This document shows, piece by piece, positions 47,201 to 56,350 of a DNA stretch of 64,000 nt. Below the pieces are notes generated by a model. It had not been told where the DNA came from, did no database searches, and was given only the letters and a program-made list of their open reading frames with translations. A program made the translations under genes and the position numbers. The DNA comes from Candidatus Obscuribacterales bacterium (GTDB lineage Bacteria; Cyanobacteriota; Vampirovibrionia; Obscuribacterales; Obscuribacteraceae): the NCBI GenBank assembly GCA_965228855.1, contig CBDDIJ010000002.1:2496001-2560000 (forward strand). The letters are read 5' to 3'. The first letter of the stretch is position 1. Each line of letters begins with the position of its first letter.

Positions 47201-48871
47201 GACAAAAACTTTTCCACCCACATTGTCTATGCGCCGAATTCGCCAGGAGGTGTTTCCAAGCAAAACAACATCGCCACGGTGACTGTCAATTGCGAAGTGT
47301 TCATCAAGCGTTCCAATTGAATGACCTTCCGGTTCTTGAATAACCGCATATAGAGCGGTCTCCGGAATGGCGCCACCGCTGGTGATGGCTGCTAAGCGAG
47401 CGCCTCTCCTTGCCTTGAGTTTGCCATTTACCTGGTCGCGGAGGATGTAAGCACCATACCTTCCGCGTCGTGACGAAATACCGTCTGACAGCATCTCTAT
47501 CACCTGACCGAACTTTTGCTTTTCTAAGTTTCTGTAGGGATACGCTTTTCGAATATCGAGGAAAAGCTGCTCTTCATCAACTTCTTCGACTGCCACCATT
47601 GCTACAATCTGTTGCGCCAGGATGTCCACTGGGCACTCAGGTATTTCCAATTTGTCCAGCTCATTGTGTTTTATCGCGCGAATGAGCGCGGCTGTTTCAA
47701 CCAATTCATCTCGCGTAAATGGAAAGAATCGTCCCTTGGGAATGGCTCCACGCCAGTGTCCCGCGCGGCCGACGCGTTGTAACGCAGTGGCGATTGTTTT
47801 GACAGTATTGACCTGGCAGACCAGATCGACAAAACCAATATCGATTCCAAGTTCAAGCGAAGCGGTTGCCACCAACGCTTGAATTTCGCCATTCTTCAAT
47901 CGTGTCTCCGCAGCGAGACGCAGCTGGCGAGACAAGCTTCCATGGTGGCACGCGACCGCATCCTCGCCCAGACGCGACGCAAGTTGCATCGAAATTCGCT
48001 CAGCTTGTTTGCGAGTGTTGACAAAGATTAGAGTGGAGCGGTGCTCCTGAACGAGCTTTGCGAGCCGATCGAAGTTTTCCGCGGAGAACTCTTGCGATGC
48101 AACCGGGGCTAGTGGCATCGCCGGTACCTCAATGGCGAGGTCCATCACGCGCCGATGCCCGACGTTGACAATGACCGGTTTTGAACCGCTACCCCCGGTC
48201 AAAAACTCGGCAACCAGCTCGATCGGGTTTTGTGTCGCAGATAAACCGACGCGATTGGGCGGGACCTTCGTTAATTTTGCAAGGCGCTCCAAGGTGAGCG
48301 CCAGGTGAGCGCCCCGCTTATCATCGGCAACCGCGTGAATTTCGTCGACGATAACGGTTTCTACCGATTGCAACATTTCGCGACTTTTGTCCGCGGTAAG
48401 CAAGATGTAGAGCGACTCCGGCGTGGTTACCAGAATATGCGGTCGCCGCTTCAACATCGATTGGCGGTCTTTGAGTGGCGTGTCGCCGGTCCGTACCGCA
48501 GTGATAATCTCCTGCATCTCGATGCCACGGCTGAGCGCGAGTTCTTTGATTTCGGCGAGCGGCGCGTCAAGATTTTTCTGAATGTCGTTACTGAGGGCCT
48601 TCAGGGGCGAAACATAAACAACCTGCGTCTGGTTGGTCAGCTTGCTATCCACGGCCAGGCGGACGAGCCGGTCGATACAAGCCAGGAATGCAGCGAGCGT
48701 TTTGCCTGAGCCGGTGGGTGCCGAAATCAAAGTGGTGCGCTGTGCCAGTATATGCGGCCAGCCTTGCTGTTGCGGCTCCGTGGGACTACCGAATTTTTCC
48801 AAAAACCAATCGCGCACGAGCGGATGTGCCCAGTCGAGGGCGCTGCAAGGTTTTGCGGCAAGCTTTTTCAT
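44276..48871 (-). CDS. lhr: Lhr-family ATP-dependent helicase, full length with C-terminal domain
   Basis: APTGSGKT, SPLKALSNDI, DEIH, GLSAT, HHGSL, SLELGID, QRVGRAGH; C-terminal LLRRYGVV and RGGRFV..GEQFA. Confidence 0.93.
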   Translation of the reverse strand: MKKLAAKPCSALDWAHPLVRDWFLEKFGSPTEPQQQGWPHILAQRTTLISAPTGSGKTLAAFLACIDRLVRLAVDSKLTNQTQVVYVSPLKALSNDIQKNLDAPLAEIKELALSRGIEMQEIITAVRTGDTPLKDRQSMLKRRPHILVTTPESLYILLTADKSREMLQSVETVIVDEIHAVADDKRGAHLALTLERLAKLTKVPPNRVGLSATQNPIELVAEFLTGGSGSKPVIVNVGHRRVMDLAIEVPAMPLAPVASQEFSAENFDRLAKLVQEHRSTLIFVNTRKQAERISMQLASRLGEDAVACHHGSLSRQLRLAAETRLKNGEIQALVATASLELGIDIGFVDLVCQVNTVKTIATALQRVGRAGHWRGAIPKGRFFPFTRDELVETAALIRAIKHNELDKLEIPECPVDILAQQIVAMVAVEEVDEEQLFLDIRKAYPYRNLEKQKFGQVIEMLSDGISSRRGRYGAYILRDQVNGKLKARRGARLAAITSGGAIPETALYAVIQEPEGHSIGTLDEHFAIDSHRGDVVLLGNTSWRIRRIDNVGGKVFVEDAYGAPPSVPFWFGEAPARSDELSKHVSELRDKINELTRDVGLEFGAHSEHTPEVREAIDWLKTECGVTDSGAEQLMEYVIQGRAMLGEVPTTKRIIAERFFDEGGGMQLIIHAPFGGRINRAWGLALRKKFCRSFNFELQAAATEDGLSIALAEQHSFPLGDVFYFLAGETVKHTLEQASIPSPIFATRWRWDAMRSLALLRFMGGKKVPPYLQRLRSDDLLAAVFPQAAACQDNIPGDIELPDHPLINEVMKDVLTEAMDLEGLETIIAGIKNGEIQCIAVDTPTPSQFAAEIINANVYAYLDDAGVEERRTRAVQMRRVLPGSIAGELGQLDPQAIAKVIEQAWPDIQNADELHDLMLSVVAIPETNLRLFAQPAVLWSEFMSELSERNRASRMTIDGNSYWVATERIALAELIWPHGQIETKLPTIPNAITERSDAVLAALRGWMNIVGPTTVEEISDILRLEIGELEIAFVTLESEGRILRGQFKNQGRFSTVVTGLASMPISAYEWCDRRLLARVHKLTLATLRKGIEPVTAAVYARWLCHWQHVAPGTQLAGERGLLEIIRQLQGFEVPARDWEAQILSTRVKNYKPELLDALCLKGTVGWGRLSSHPSLEVTDEQALSVSNASNAHGYPQRKKIASARVTQLRPKKRGTEGGEQIDSTGGEGNDSTCGVGNDSTGGVANDSVGGVGNDSTGGVGNDSTRSDNSQFSANVPPLAEELSPGVIKRVIPTSVAPVTFFVRDDADWMSSLPKTGANIDLYGVSNHARSVEAFLSKRGASFFADVVRGTGLTKLQTERALWELVTAGIITADGFANLRLLIDPARAELRPGRSKRFRDAAYGRWSLLHSDLPVEKTAALEAMCRILLRRYGVVFRNVVLRESNLPPWRELLAVFRSLEDRGEVRGGRFVNGFIGEQFALPEAVDSLRASKAASLTNTSVTVAQTDPTNLVGTVLPAEEYSSGQKSMQISC
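45081..45224. repeat. In-frame 24-bp tandem repeat x6 within lhr
   Basis: Unit ~GTGGAGTCGTTTCCAACACCGCCA, encoding (GGVGNDST)n on the minus strand. Confidence 0.92.
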
Positions 48872-48880
48872 GGACTATAT

Positions 48881-48922
48881 TGTAATCAAAAATCCACGCG
48901 AAAGGTCTTATGTAATCAAAAA
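48881..48922. repeat. 12-bp direct repeat TGTAATCAAAAA (48881-48892, 48911-48922) upstream of lhr
   Basis: Exact copies 30 bp apart; the first overlaps a minus-strand TACAAT -10-like box. Confidence 0.65.
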
Positions 48923-48935
48923 CTTTCGTGCTTTC

Positions 48936-51392
48936 TCATTCTCCAACCATCAGTTGGAATCCGTCCTCAGCCGGCGCACCGACTATGACGTGGATCGCAT
49001 CGATGCCGAGCTTGCAGATCTTTACGACTGCTGCTTTCGATACTGAATTGCAGCCGCTAAGTTGGAGCTTTTTCAGGCTCTTCATTCTTGCAAGTTCATC
49101 CAGGGACCTGTCGGTGATTGCATTCTCTGCCAAATCGAGCGAACTCACGTGTAATGAGGAAATTAACGGCTTTATGTCTTCATCGTTGAGTGACAGAGAC
49201 GCCAAGTTCAAACCTTGTAGTTTTTTCAGTTCGGCTATTCGACGTACCGATTTTGCGGTCACTCTGGTATTGCTGATCGTCAGATACCTGAGGTTCGGGT
49301 GATTGTCGATCACCGTATTCAGGCAAGCGTCGTCAAACGACCGACAAGAATCTACGCTTAATTTTTCCAGGTCTAAATCGTTTAGACAAGCCATTCCCTT
49401 CGCAGTAACAGGAGTGCTGTCCAGAGAAAGCGCCGTCAGAGACTTCGTAGCGGCAAGACTTTCGAGACTGTCGTCGGTGATGTTGCAACCAGGTATGCTG
49501 AGAAGACTCAAGTTTAGAGCGGAGACTGTTTTTACAGTCTCGTCTCCTATTTGCGTCTGTGAGAGATCCAAGCATTGGAGTTGTTTGGCGCGTCCAAGCG
49601 CCGTTCTGCATCCATCGGTGATGTTCGTACAGAGGCGCAGGTTGAGGTCTTCAATGGCGGTATTCTCAAATGGTTCTACCGCTTTGTCGGTGATGTCAGT
49701 TTCGCTAAGGTCTATTCGTCGCAGTTGAGGCATCTTTGCGATTTTTGAAACATCCTCATCCGTTATTGTTGACTGAGGAACTATCAAAGACTTCAAATCC
49801 AGGCTGGCGACAGCGGACCATCCAACGCTCGATATTTTTCCAGAACCGGCAACAAGCTCAAGGTTTTTTATATCACCTCGATGTTTCAGGGTTAGATACT
49901 GCAGTTCATCGTCGGAAAGTGGATGCTTCGCCACCCAAGACTGCTTGGAGCCGTTGATTTGAAAAAGGTTTTCGATGCCTTTTCGTTCAATGGCTTTAAA
50001 TGCGAGTTTTGAAAGTTTTCTCTTTGTAAGACTCTGCGATTTCGGCTTTCGATTAGCGGTCTTAATCTCTTTGATTTTCGTGGATTTGTTTGAGTTTGAA
50101 ACAGATACAACCGCAAACGCTGCCAAGCCTATAACTACCAGGGCCGTGATCGAAAACAGCACCAGCGGTGGTGGTAAGCTGCGTTTCTTTGCATGTGGGA
50201 TGTGAAAAAATTCCGTTCGAGTCGTTGATAAGTCATGGCCCGTCAGGGCGTCAATTGAGGCGGCCACAGCCTGCGCTGAAGAGTATCGTCTTGATGGTTC
50301 GCGTCTCAGACAGGTTGCAACTAGTTTTTCGATGCCTTTTGAGAATTCTTGACCTGTGACTTTTGCGAGAGAAGGGCGCTCTTGATTCGCGTGCATTGCG
50401 ATTGTTTCAAGCGCGGTCTGACCTGCAAACGGAGGCTTACCAGTTAGCGCCTCGAACATCAAACAACCCAGCGAGTAGATCTCGGATCGTTCATCAAAGC
50501 GGGCTCCCTCTGCGATTTCCGGTGCCATATAAAATGGAGTGCCGGCTAGCGTGCGGCTTTGCGCGGCTGTCGATTCTTGTGAGTCGAACATTACTTTTGC
50601 AACTCCGAAGTCGATCAACTTTATTACAAGTTCGTCGTCATCGGAAATTGAAATTAGCACATTGGACGGTTTCAGATCTCGATGGAAAACGCGTGCATTG
50701 TGCGCATGCGCAAGAGCGTCGCTTACTGCTCTAAATATTTGCAGGGCGAATGTGGTATCAAGAGGACCATTTCGCTCAATGAGCTGCTCTAGCGATTCCG
50801 CTCGCTCGACATATTCAAGCACCATATATGGTATCCCTGATTCTGTTGGACCAAAATCGAGAATAGAGATGATGTTCGGATGCTGGAGGCGACTTGTTAT
50901 TTTGGCTTCTTCCTGAAACGCCATGAGCTGATTTGCATCGAGCTGGTTCAAGATCTTCACCGCGACCTTTTTGCCCAGCAGTCGATCTCGCGACAGGTAA
51001 ACGGTTCCAGCCGCTCCTGCGCCCAGTTTTAATTTGGGTTGGTAACGGTCCAATGGAAAGGTTCCGCGAGGCAGGGGCAGCTCGACGCCGTCATCTTCCT
51101 CAATTTCGAACGCTGGACCTCGAACTCCTGCTGCGTCACTGGTGTCAGAGTTAGTGATTGTCGGTATCGCACAGCTGCAGTAATCCGAGCTGAAGATCCA
51201 CTGAGTCATTGTTCCTACTCGAGCCGGCTTAATTGGTTTTTTGCAAGTTTCGCATTGAGCAAGGACCTCTGAGGGGTCTGAGGTCGGCACGTGCTCGTTG
51301 CACCGGCAGACGCTGATGAACTGCGTGACGAAGCCGCCTGAAGCACTAGCTTTAGGCTTTAGGCACGCGTGGCAAATCTGGGCTCGGTCCAT
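48936..51392 (-). CDS. Ser/Thr protein kinase with Cys-rich N-terminus, TM and LRRs
   Basis: Two CxxC..TQ(F/W)I..CxC units; LGAGAAG, VAVK, HRDLKPSN, DFG, GTPFYMAPE; TM helix; ITD-type LRRs. Confidence 0.93.
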   Translation of the reverse strand: MDRAQICHACLKPKASASGGFVTQFISVCRCNEHVPTSDPSEVLAQCETCKKPIKPARVGTMTQWIFSSDYCSCAIPTITNSDTSDAAGVRGPAFEIEEDDGVELPLPRGTFPLDRYQPKLKLGAGAAGTVYLSRDRLLGKKVAVKILNQLDANQLMAFQEEAKITSRLQHPNIISILDFGPTESGIPYMVLEYVERAESLEQLIERNGPLDTTFALQIFRAVSDALAHAHNARVFHRDLKPSNVLISISDDDELVIKLIDFGVAKVMFDSQESTAAQSRTLAGTPFYMAPEIAEGARFDERSEIYSLGCLMFEALTGKPPFAGQTALETIAMHANQERPSLAKVTGQEFSKGIEKLVATCLRREPSRRYSSAQAVAASIDALTGHDLSTTRTEFFHIPHAKKRSLPPPLVLFSITALVVIGLAAFAVVSVSNSNKSTKIKEIKTANRKPKSQSLTKRKLSKLAFKAIERKGIENLFQINGSKQSWVAKHPLSDDELQYLTLKHRGDIKNLELVAGSGKISSVGWSAVASLDLKSLIVPQSTITDEDVSKIAKMPQLRRIDLSETDITDKAVEPFENTAIEDLNLRLCTNITDGCRTALGRAKQLQCLDLSQTQIGDETVKTVSALNLSLLSIPGCNITDDSLESLAATKSLTALSLDSTPVTAKGMACLNDLDLEKLSVDSCRSFDDACLNTVIDNHPNLRYLTISNTRVTAKSVRRIAELKKLQGLNLASLSLNDEDIKPLISSLHVSSLDLAENAITDRSLDELARMKSLKKLQLSGCNSVSKAAVVKICKLGIDAIHVIVGAPAEDGFQLMVGE

Positions 51393-51534
51393 CCTTGACT
51401 CTGGTGGTAATCACTATAATCTGCCCGCTTCCGAGTCGGAACTCACGCTTGCGGGTCGGCCTTGAAGTACGCTCAGTAGTGACAGGTTTGCGACCAGTAA
51501 ACCGAGGCTCGTAGTTGGGGTTTGCGCGGGGTCT

Positions 51535-51912
51535 CTAGGTCGCCGACATGACAATCAGAATTGGCCAGAGAATTACGATTGCTATGAAACTAGCAGCAAG
51601 TCCTTGCGGGATGGCGCCCATGCCGCGGGTTTTCGCTGTAGGTGCAATATAAGTGAGGAGGTAAATCAGTTTGTAAATGACCTGCAAGGCGAGAACTGGA
51701 ATGAAAGCTTTGGGCTGGAACAGACCGGCGATAGAGAGGATGAAAATCGCAGACCAGAGAGACGCGACGAGAAGGCGCAGTCCATCGGAGTTTTCAACGG
51801 TGCCTTGAAGAGCGCGAATCGGTTTGTTGCCGCAGTCGCTGAACATGGAAAATAGAACTGGCGCCAGGATAATTAAATTCGCCGCGTAGGCTATATGCAG
51901 AAGATTGAACAT
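51535..51912 (-). CDS. Small four-TM membrane protein
   Basis: Four hydrophobic helices; PVLALQVIYKLIYL motif. Confidence 0.78.
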   Translation of the reverse strand: MFNLLHIAYAANLIILAPVLFSMFSDCGNKPIRALQGTVENSDGLRLLVASLWSAIFILSIAGLFQPKAFIPVLALQVIYKLIYLLTYIAPTAKTRGMGAIPQGLAASFIAIVILWPILIVMSAT

Positions 51913-52041
51913 CGAATAAATTCTCGTTCTGGTGCTCTTTTAAACAGATTAGCGGCTGCTGGTGAATTGTCTGTGAACTTGGCGGGTTTCATCCGAGGGG
52001 CGCAGGCAGCGGTGCTCAACGGATTGTAATATCATGTCTTT

Positions 52042-52992
52042 ATGCGAGCATTCTTGATATTACTGCTGACATTTTGCGCTTCGCCGGCGTTCTGTCTTGA
52101 CGCCTCGAGCGACGAGGCTCCGGATGGTTCAGTGGAAAAATCCTTAGGACTACGAATAGCTCGTTCTCGAGAAGGGCTTTTTCCGGCGGACATTATGGGG
52201 AGAGACTTTTCTGGAACATCGAACTCTTCTTCGAGTCAAGCGCGCTACGGACGTAGTTTCTCAACAACTCGTGCTCCGCGGGGAGACATTACTTTGACCG
52301 CGGTTGCAGCACCGTTGCTGGCTGCACCCAAGTCATTTCCGCCGTTTCCGAATTCTATTGATTTGGATGTTTCATTGCTAAAGCCGAGGGTAGCGCCGCT
52401 GACATATTCGTTCAAGTGGAAAGAGATAGTCTATCGAGATATCGACGGCACGTATGCGAGCTCTGCGTTGCCTGTTGCAACTGGCGACGCCACTGCAAAC
52501 GATACCATTAAAGCCGATTCTATTCATCGCAGAGTTTTAAATGCGCAAAAGATACTCAAAGAAGGAGAAGTTAAAGGAGCATTTGAGCTTTATTCGGAAA
52601 TCGTGCGGCCAGCGTATTCGCACCTGACGGCGGCAGATAAGATCGAACTTTCTAAGTGCCATAAGGCGCTTGGCGATATTCTCTACAAGTATGGTTGGCT
52701 TGCGCTGGAAGCAGGCCGAGTCGAAACGGGACGGAGACGCTTGCTGTCGGCTTGGCTGGAATATAAGCGCGCTTTGTTTCTTGACTCTGGCGATAAGCAG
52801 TCGTTGTCACGGCTTGTGGTGCTCTCGAAATATGCGACCGAACAAGAGCCTGTGTTTGATAATTGGCTCGCCTACGGTAGCGCGCTTTATTTGTCAGGTG
52901 AAAAGGCTATGGCTCGAGAATGTTATCGACGTTGCAAAGGATTGGACGCTTCGGCGTCAGTATTGAAGCGGTTGCCGTCCAGCGTAAAATAA
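52042..52992 (+). CDS. Exported protein with a C-terminal TPR-like region
   Basis: Signal peptide; YKRALFLD and AYGSALYLSG..ARECYRRC. Confidence 0.72.
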   Translation: MRAFLILLLTFCASPAFCLDASSDEAPDGSVEKSLGLRIARSREGLFPADIMGRDFSGTSNSSSSQARYGRSFSTTRAPRGDITLTAVAAPLLAAPKSFPPFPNSIDLDVSLLKPRVAPLTYSFKWKEIVYRDIDGTYASSALPVATGDATANDTIKADSIHRRVLNAQKILKEGEVKGAFELYSEIVRPAYSHLTAADKIELSKCHKALGDILYKYGWLALEAGRVETGRRRLLSAWLEYKRALFLDSGDKQSLSRLVVLSKYATEQEPVFDNWLAYGSALYLSGEKAMARECYRRCKGLDASASVLKRLPSSVK

Positions 52993-53058
52993 GACTTTCA
53001 TTTAAGGACTCACAATGGAAGTTTGAGCATAAGTTCTACAAATGGAAACGATCAAAGT

Positions 53059-53490
53059 ATGAAAACACTCCTTATTTCGATCAGCCTGATGGTATTGCTG
53101 TCCCCTCCAGCATGGTGTCAAGATTCGAATGCCTCGTCTGCGTCTTCTGACTTTGAGATCGTCAGCGCCGAGTTCGGACGTTTTCCAGAAGGCAAAGGTC
53201 CTAGGCAGTTACCTGGTAAGGAGGTCGTTTTCGAACGCACCAATAAGGTTGGAAAGTCCGGTTATACCTATGGTTGGAAGATCGCGTTGAACACAGCGTT
53301 AAAGTCGGTCAGTGTTTCAGAGAAGTGGGACGAAAATGACAAGATGGTGAGCAGCACCAAATATGGTGTCATTGACGGCTTGATCTATCACGATTGGGAT
53401 GTTGTTCTGGGAACTCGAAAAGGAAAGCACAGTGTCGAGGTTTCAGTTAATGGCACGCCTGTGAAAAAGTTTGTTTACTATGTGAAATGA
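53059..53490 (+). CDS. Small exported beta-rich hypothetical protein
   Basis: Signal peptide MKTLLISISLMVLLSPPAWC; Ig-like C-terminus GKHSVEVSVNG. Confidence 0.72.
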   Translation: MKTLLISISLMVLLSPPAWCQDSNASSASSDFEIVSAEFGRFPEGKGPRQLPGKEVVFERTNKVGKSGYTYGWKIALNTALKSVSVSEKWDENDKMVSSTKYGVIDGLIYHDWDVVLGTRKGKHSVEVSVNGTPVKKFVYYVK

Positions 53491-53553
53491 GCCGTTGGTT
53501 CGTACGCAGAAGGTGTCAGTATATCTTTGGGTCTGCTCTTAATATTTGAAAAA

Positions 53554-53567
53554 ATCACCCGGGTGAT
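53554..53567. promoter_or_regulatory. Palindrome ATCACCCGGGTGAT (copy 2)
   Basis: Perfect 14-bp palindrome flanked by A and T tracts, intergenic. Confidence 0.6.
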
Positions 53568-53752
53568 CTTTTGCGGCTAAGATAAGTCAGATCCTCGAAC
53601 TGACCGTAGCATCAATAATAGCGGACGGCGTCTCGAAAGTTTTCGTGTGCTAAAATCTCGATTTGGATTTCGCGGATCTCTCATGCAGTTCTTTCTGCAT
53701 CCGATGCGCGCGTGGAAACATGTCGTAGGGCTCTGGCAGAGTAGGAGGCCAA

Positions 53753-54865
53753 ATGAAGATTCTGGCATCGGTTAAATCGCTTTCGGTTGCTTCATTACTG
53801 ACTGTATCTATTCTGTGCTCGCCGGGAGCTTTTGCGCAGACTGCTGACGATGCATTTGAAGCCGGCAAACAATCGTTTTCAGCCCAGGAATATCCGAAAG
53901 CGATTGAGAGTTTAACAACTGCGATTAAGCAAGCACCAAGCTTTGCCAAAGCTTATGAATTGCGCGGTTCCTCTTACAATGCGTTGAAACAATGGGACAA
54001 AGGAATCGCGGATTTCACCGCAGCCTTAAAGATCGATCCGAAGATGTATCTGGCTATTCTCAACCGTGGCCTTGCTTACTACGCTACTGGAAAATACCAG
54101 CAGTCGATCGATGATTTGTCGAAATATCTGGAGACATATTCCGAAGATGAGCGGGCGCTGGAGACGCGTGGAAAAGCTTATGACAAGATTGGAAAGAACG
54201 ATCTTGCGCGAAAGGATGCTGATGCTGCCGGCTTTGCTGCTGCGGTCAGAAACGCTCGCGATCGCTTCCGCCAACAGAAGTACGATGAAGCAATTGTGCT
54301 CGCGAATCAAGCCATTCAGACAAATCCAACGAATCCATTAGGCTATGCTCTTCGAGGTGAAACATACGAAAAGCAGAAGAAGTTTGATCTGGCGCTCGCC
54401 GATTTTAAAAAGCAAGTTGAGCTTTCGCCGCCTGATAATCCAGATCCCCTCTACTTTCTAGGAAAGGGTTACATGCAGGTGAAGGATTATCCGAAGTCGA
54501 TTGAAACTCTCGTAAAGTACAACTCGATGAAGAAGGATGATCCGCAAGCGTGGTTTTTATTAGGGACCGTGCAGCAAGATGCGAAGAATTATCCGGATGC
54601 GCAGAAGTCTTTGGACAAAGCGAACGAACTCTCTCCTGCTAACTATTTGTATCTCTTCTATAGTGCGAAGAACCACAGGCTTACAGGTGACAACGACAAA
54701 GCAATTGCTGAGATTACAGAAGCCTACAAACTTGCTCCGAATGAAGAGTGGGTTTTGGTAGAGCGTGCAATTGCCTATGAGAAGCTGGGGAAGAACGATC
54801 TTGCCGAACTCGATCGGAAGGTTATGAAGGACAAAGGTTATCCGGAATGGAACCTCAAAGAGTAG
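53753..54865 (+). CDS. Exported TPR protein
   Basis: AGGAGG SD; signal peptide (AFA); about 9 canonical TPRs. Confidence 0.92.
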   Translation: MKILASVKSLSVASLLTVSILCSPGAFAQTADDAFEAGKQSFSAQEYPKAIESLTTAIKQAPSFAKAYELRGSSYNALKQWDKGIADFTAALKIDPKMYLAILNRGLAYYATGKYQQSIDDLSKYLETYSEDERALETRGKAYDKIGKNDLARKDADAAGFAAAVRNARDRFRQQKYDEAIVLANQAIQTNPTNPLGYALRGETYEKQKKFDLALADFKKQVELSPPDNPDPLYFLGKGYMQVKDYPKSIETLVKYNSMKKDDPQAWFLLGTVQQDAKNYPDAQKSLDKANELSPANYLYLFYSAKNHRLTGDNDKAIAEITEAYKLAPNEEWVLVERAIAYEKLGKNDLAELDRKVMKDKGYPEWNLKE

Positions 54866-54885
54866 TGCGATTGATCTGAAACCGA

Positions 54886-56235
54886 CTATTCAAGTTCGCT
54901 AGCCAAACTTTTCACGACCGCCTCGTTATTTTTGTCTGATTCCTTGACGATTTTGTAGCAGTGGGTGCGGGGCGGCTCCTGGGTTTGGCCGGTTAGGTGC
55001 GTAATTTTTGAAAAGGCTCTGCCGAAGTTGCTGCGCTGACCCGACTCTTCTAGCACCAGTGCGTAGCCGTCGCCGGGGCGGTTTATGTACGCGATGTTTT
55101 TAACTAGTTCAACTGGAATACGATGTCCGATCGCGAGCCCATCGAAGTCGGTGAAGTCTATGGTTTGCATTCGGCGCTGCACTTTCTCAAGTTTTGCTTG
55201 CAGTTGCGGATCAGAATCTTTCAATGATTTGTTCTGGTCACTTTGACGAAACGCGCCTATAGCCATCGATGCAACCGAGTCTGCGCACTCTCCTAAACGG
55301 AAATATCCGCCGTGCACAATCTGCGAAAGTGCGAGCGCTTTATCGCGACGCGACATGTACAGACGAAGTTTTGCCGTACCTTTATCGCTCAGATATCGAC
55401 GAGCATAGTGTTTTACAACGCCTTGATCGATGTCGGGACAGATCAATCCGACCTCGAGTAGATGCGGTTTTTCGCGCAGAAGAGGAGTGGCGCGAATTAC
55501 AAGACGACTGCCCATTGAATGAGCATAGACTCGCAGCTTTGTCGATGAAGAAGTGCATGCCTCCTCAAGTTTTTCGATCACGTCGTTGAAGTGTTCCTGG
55601 CTCCATTCATTATTGTTCTCGTCCGGAGCATATGCGCGCAGCTTGGCGGCTGATGGCCAGGAGTAGAGCACCACCGGGCTTTCAAATGAATAGCTGAAAC
55701 GTGCAGCGACATCCCACGCTGATTCGAAGCTGTTTTTGTATCCATGAGCGAAGAGCAAGATGTTGTTGTGTTCGCTAGCAACAGCCTTAGCGGCAATGTC
55801 TTTGAAAAACTCTGTTTGTGCCTGCGCGAAATTCGATTCTGAATCGTGCTGCAATGCTAGCTTGTGTGCACCGACCTTTTCCTTCGCCTCCGCTGGCTGC
55901 CAGCCGAGTGCTTGGAGTTCAGGAGTCAAAACCTTGTGCGCTTTGTTTTCGATTACGCAATATCCGGAACCCAAGAACGGTTGATGTTCGCAGTCGCCGA
56001 GGTACTTTCGTTGCGGACCGAAGACCGGTCCGTTCTCTGACTGTGACAAAAGATTTCTGTCGGTGACGAAAAACAGCGGCACGCGGACGAAATCCGGAGC
56101 TTCTGCCGGAGCGGCTCCGGCGGTTTCTTCAGCATACGCGGATTGAGTTGCGATGTTTAAAAACGCAACCAAAATCGAGAGTATGAACAACTCGGGGCGA
56201 GAAAATCGTCTCATCATGTTCCAAATATCACGCAC
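54886..56235 (-). CDS. Exported alpha/beta hydrolase, DUF900-like
   Basis: FFVTDRN, FAHGYKNSF, YSWPS, AHSMG, PDID, DKAL.LS; start may be a nearby ATG. Confidence 0.85.
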   Translation of the reverse strand: MRDIWNMMRRFSRPELFILSILVAFLNIATQSAYAEETAGAAPAEAPDFVRVPLFFVTDRNLLSQSENGPVFGPQRKYLGDCEHQPFLGSGYCVIENKAHKVLTPELQALGWQPAEAKEKVGAHKLALQHDSESNFAQAQTEFFKDIAAKAVASEHNNILLFAHGYKNSFESAWDVAARFSYSFESPVVLYSWPSAAKLRAYAPDENNNEWSQEHFNDVIEKLEEACTSSSTKLRVYAHSMGSRLVIRATPLLREKPHLLEVGLICPDIDQGVVKHYARRYLSDKGTAKLRLYMSRRDKALALSQIVHGGYFRLGECADSVASMAIGAFRQSDQNKSLKDSDPQLQAKLEKVQRRMQTIDFTDFDGLAIGHRIPVELVKNIAYINRPGDGYALVLEESGQRSNFGRAFSKITHLTGQTQEPPRTHCYKIVKESDKNNEAVVKSLASELE

Positions 56236-56350
56236 AAACGGTTGTCAGCATACCATGGATGCTTTCAGGGAGCTGTTCGATAAGCAGGATCTTAATTACT
56301 CATAAAGCGAATACACCGTGACGAGCCGGAATCGTCGAATATCTACCGTT

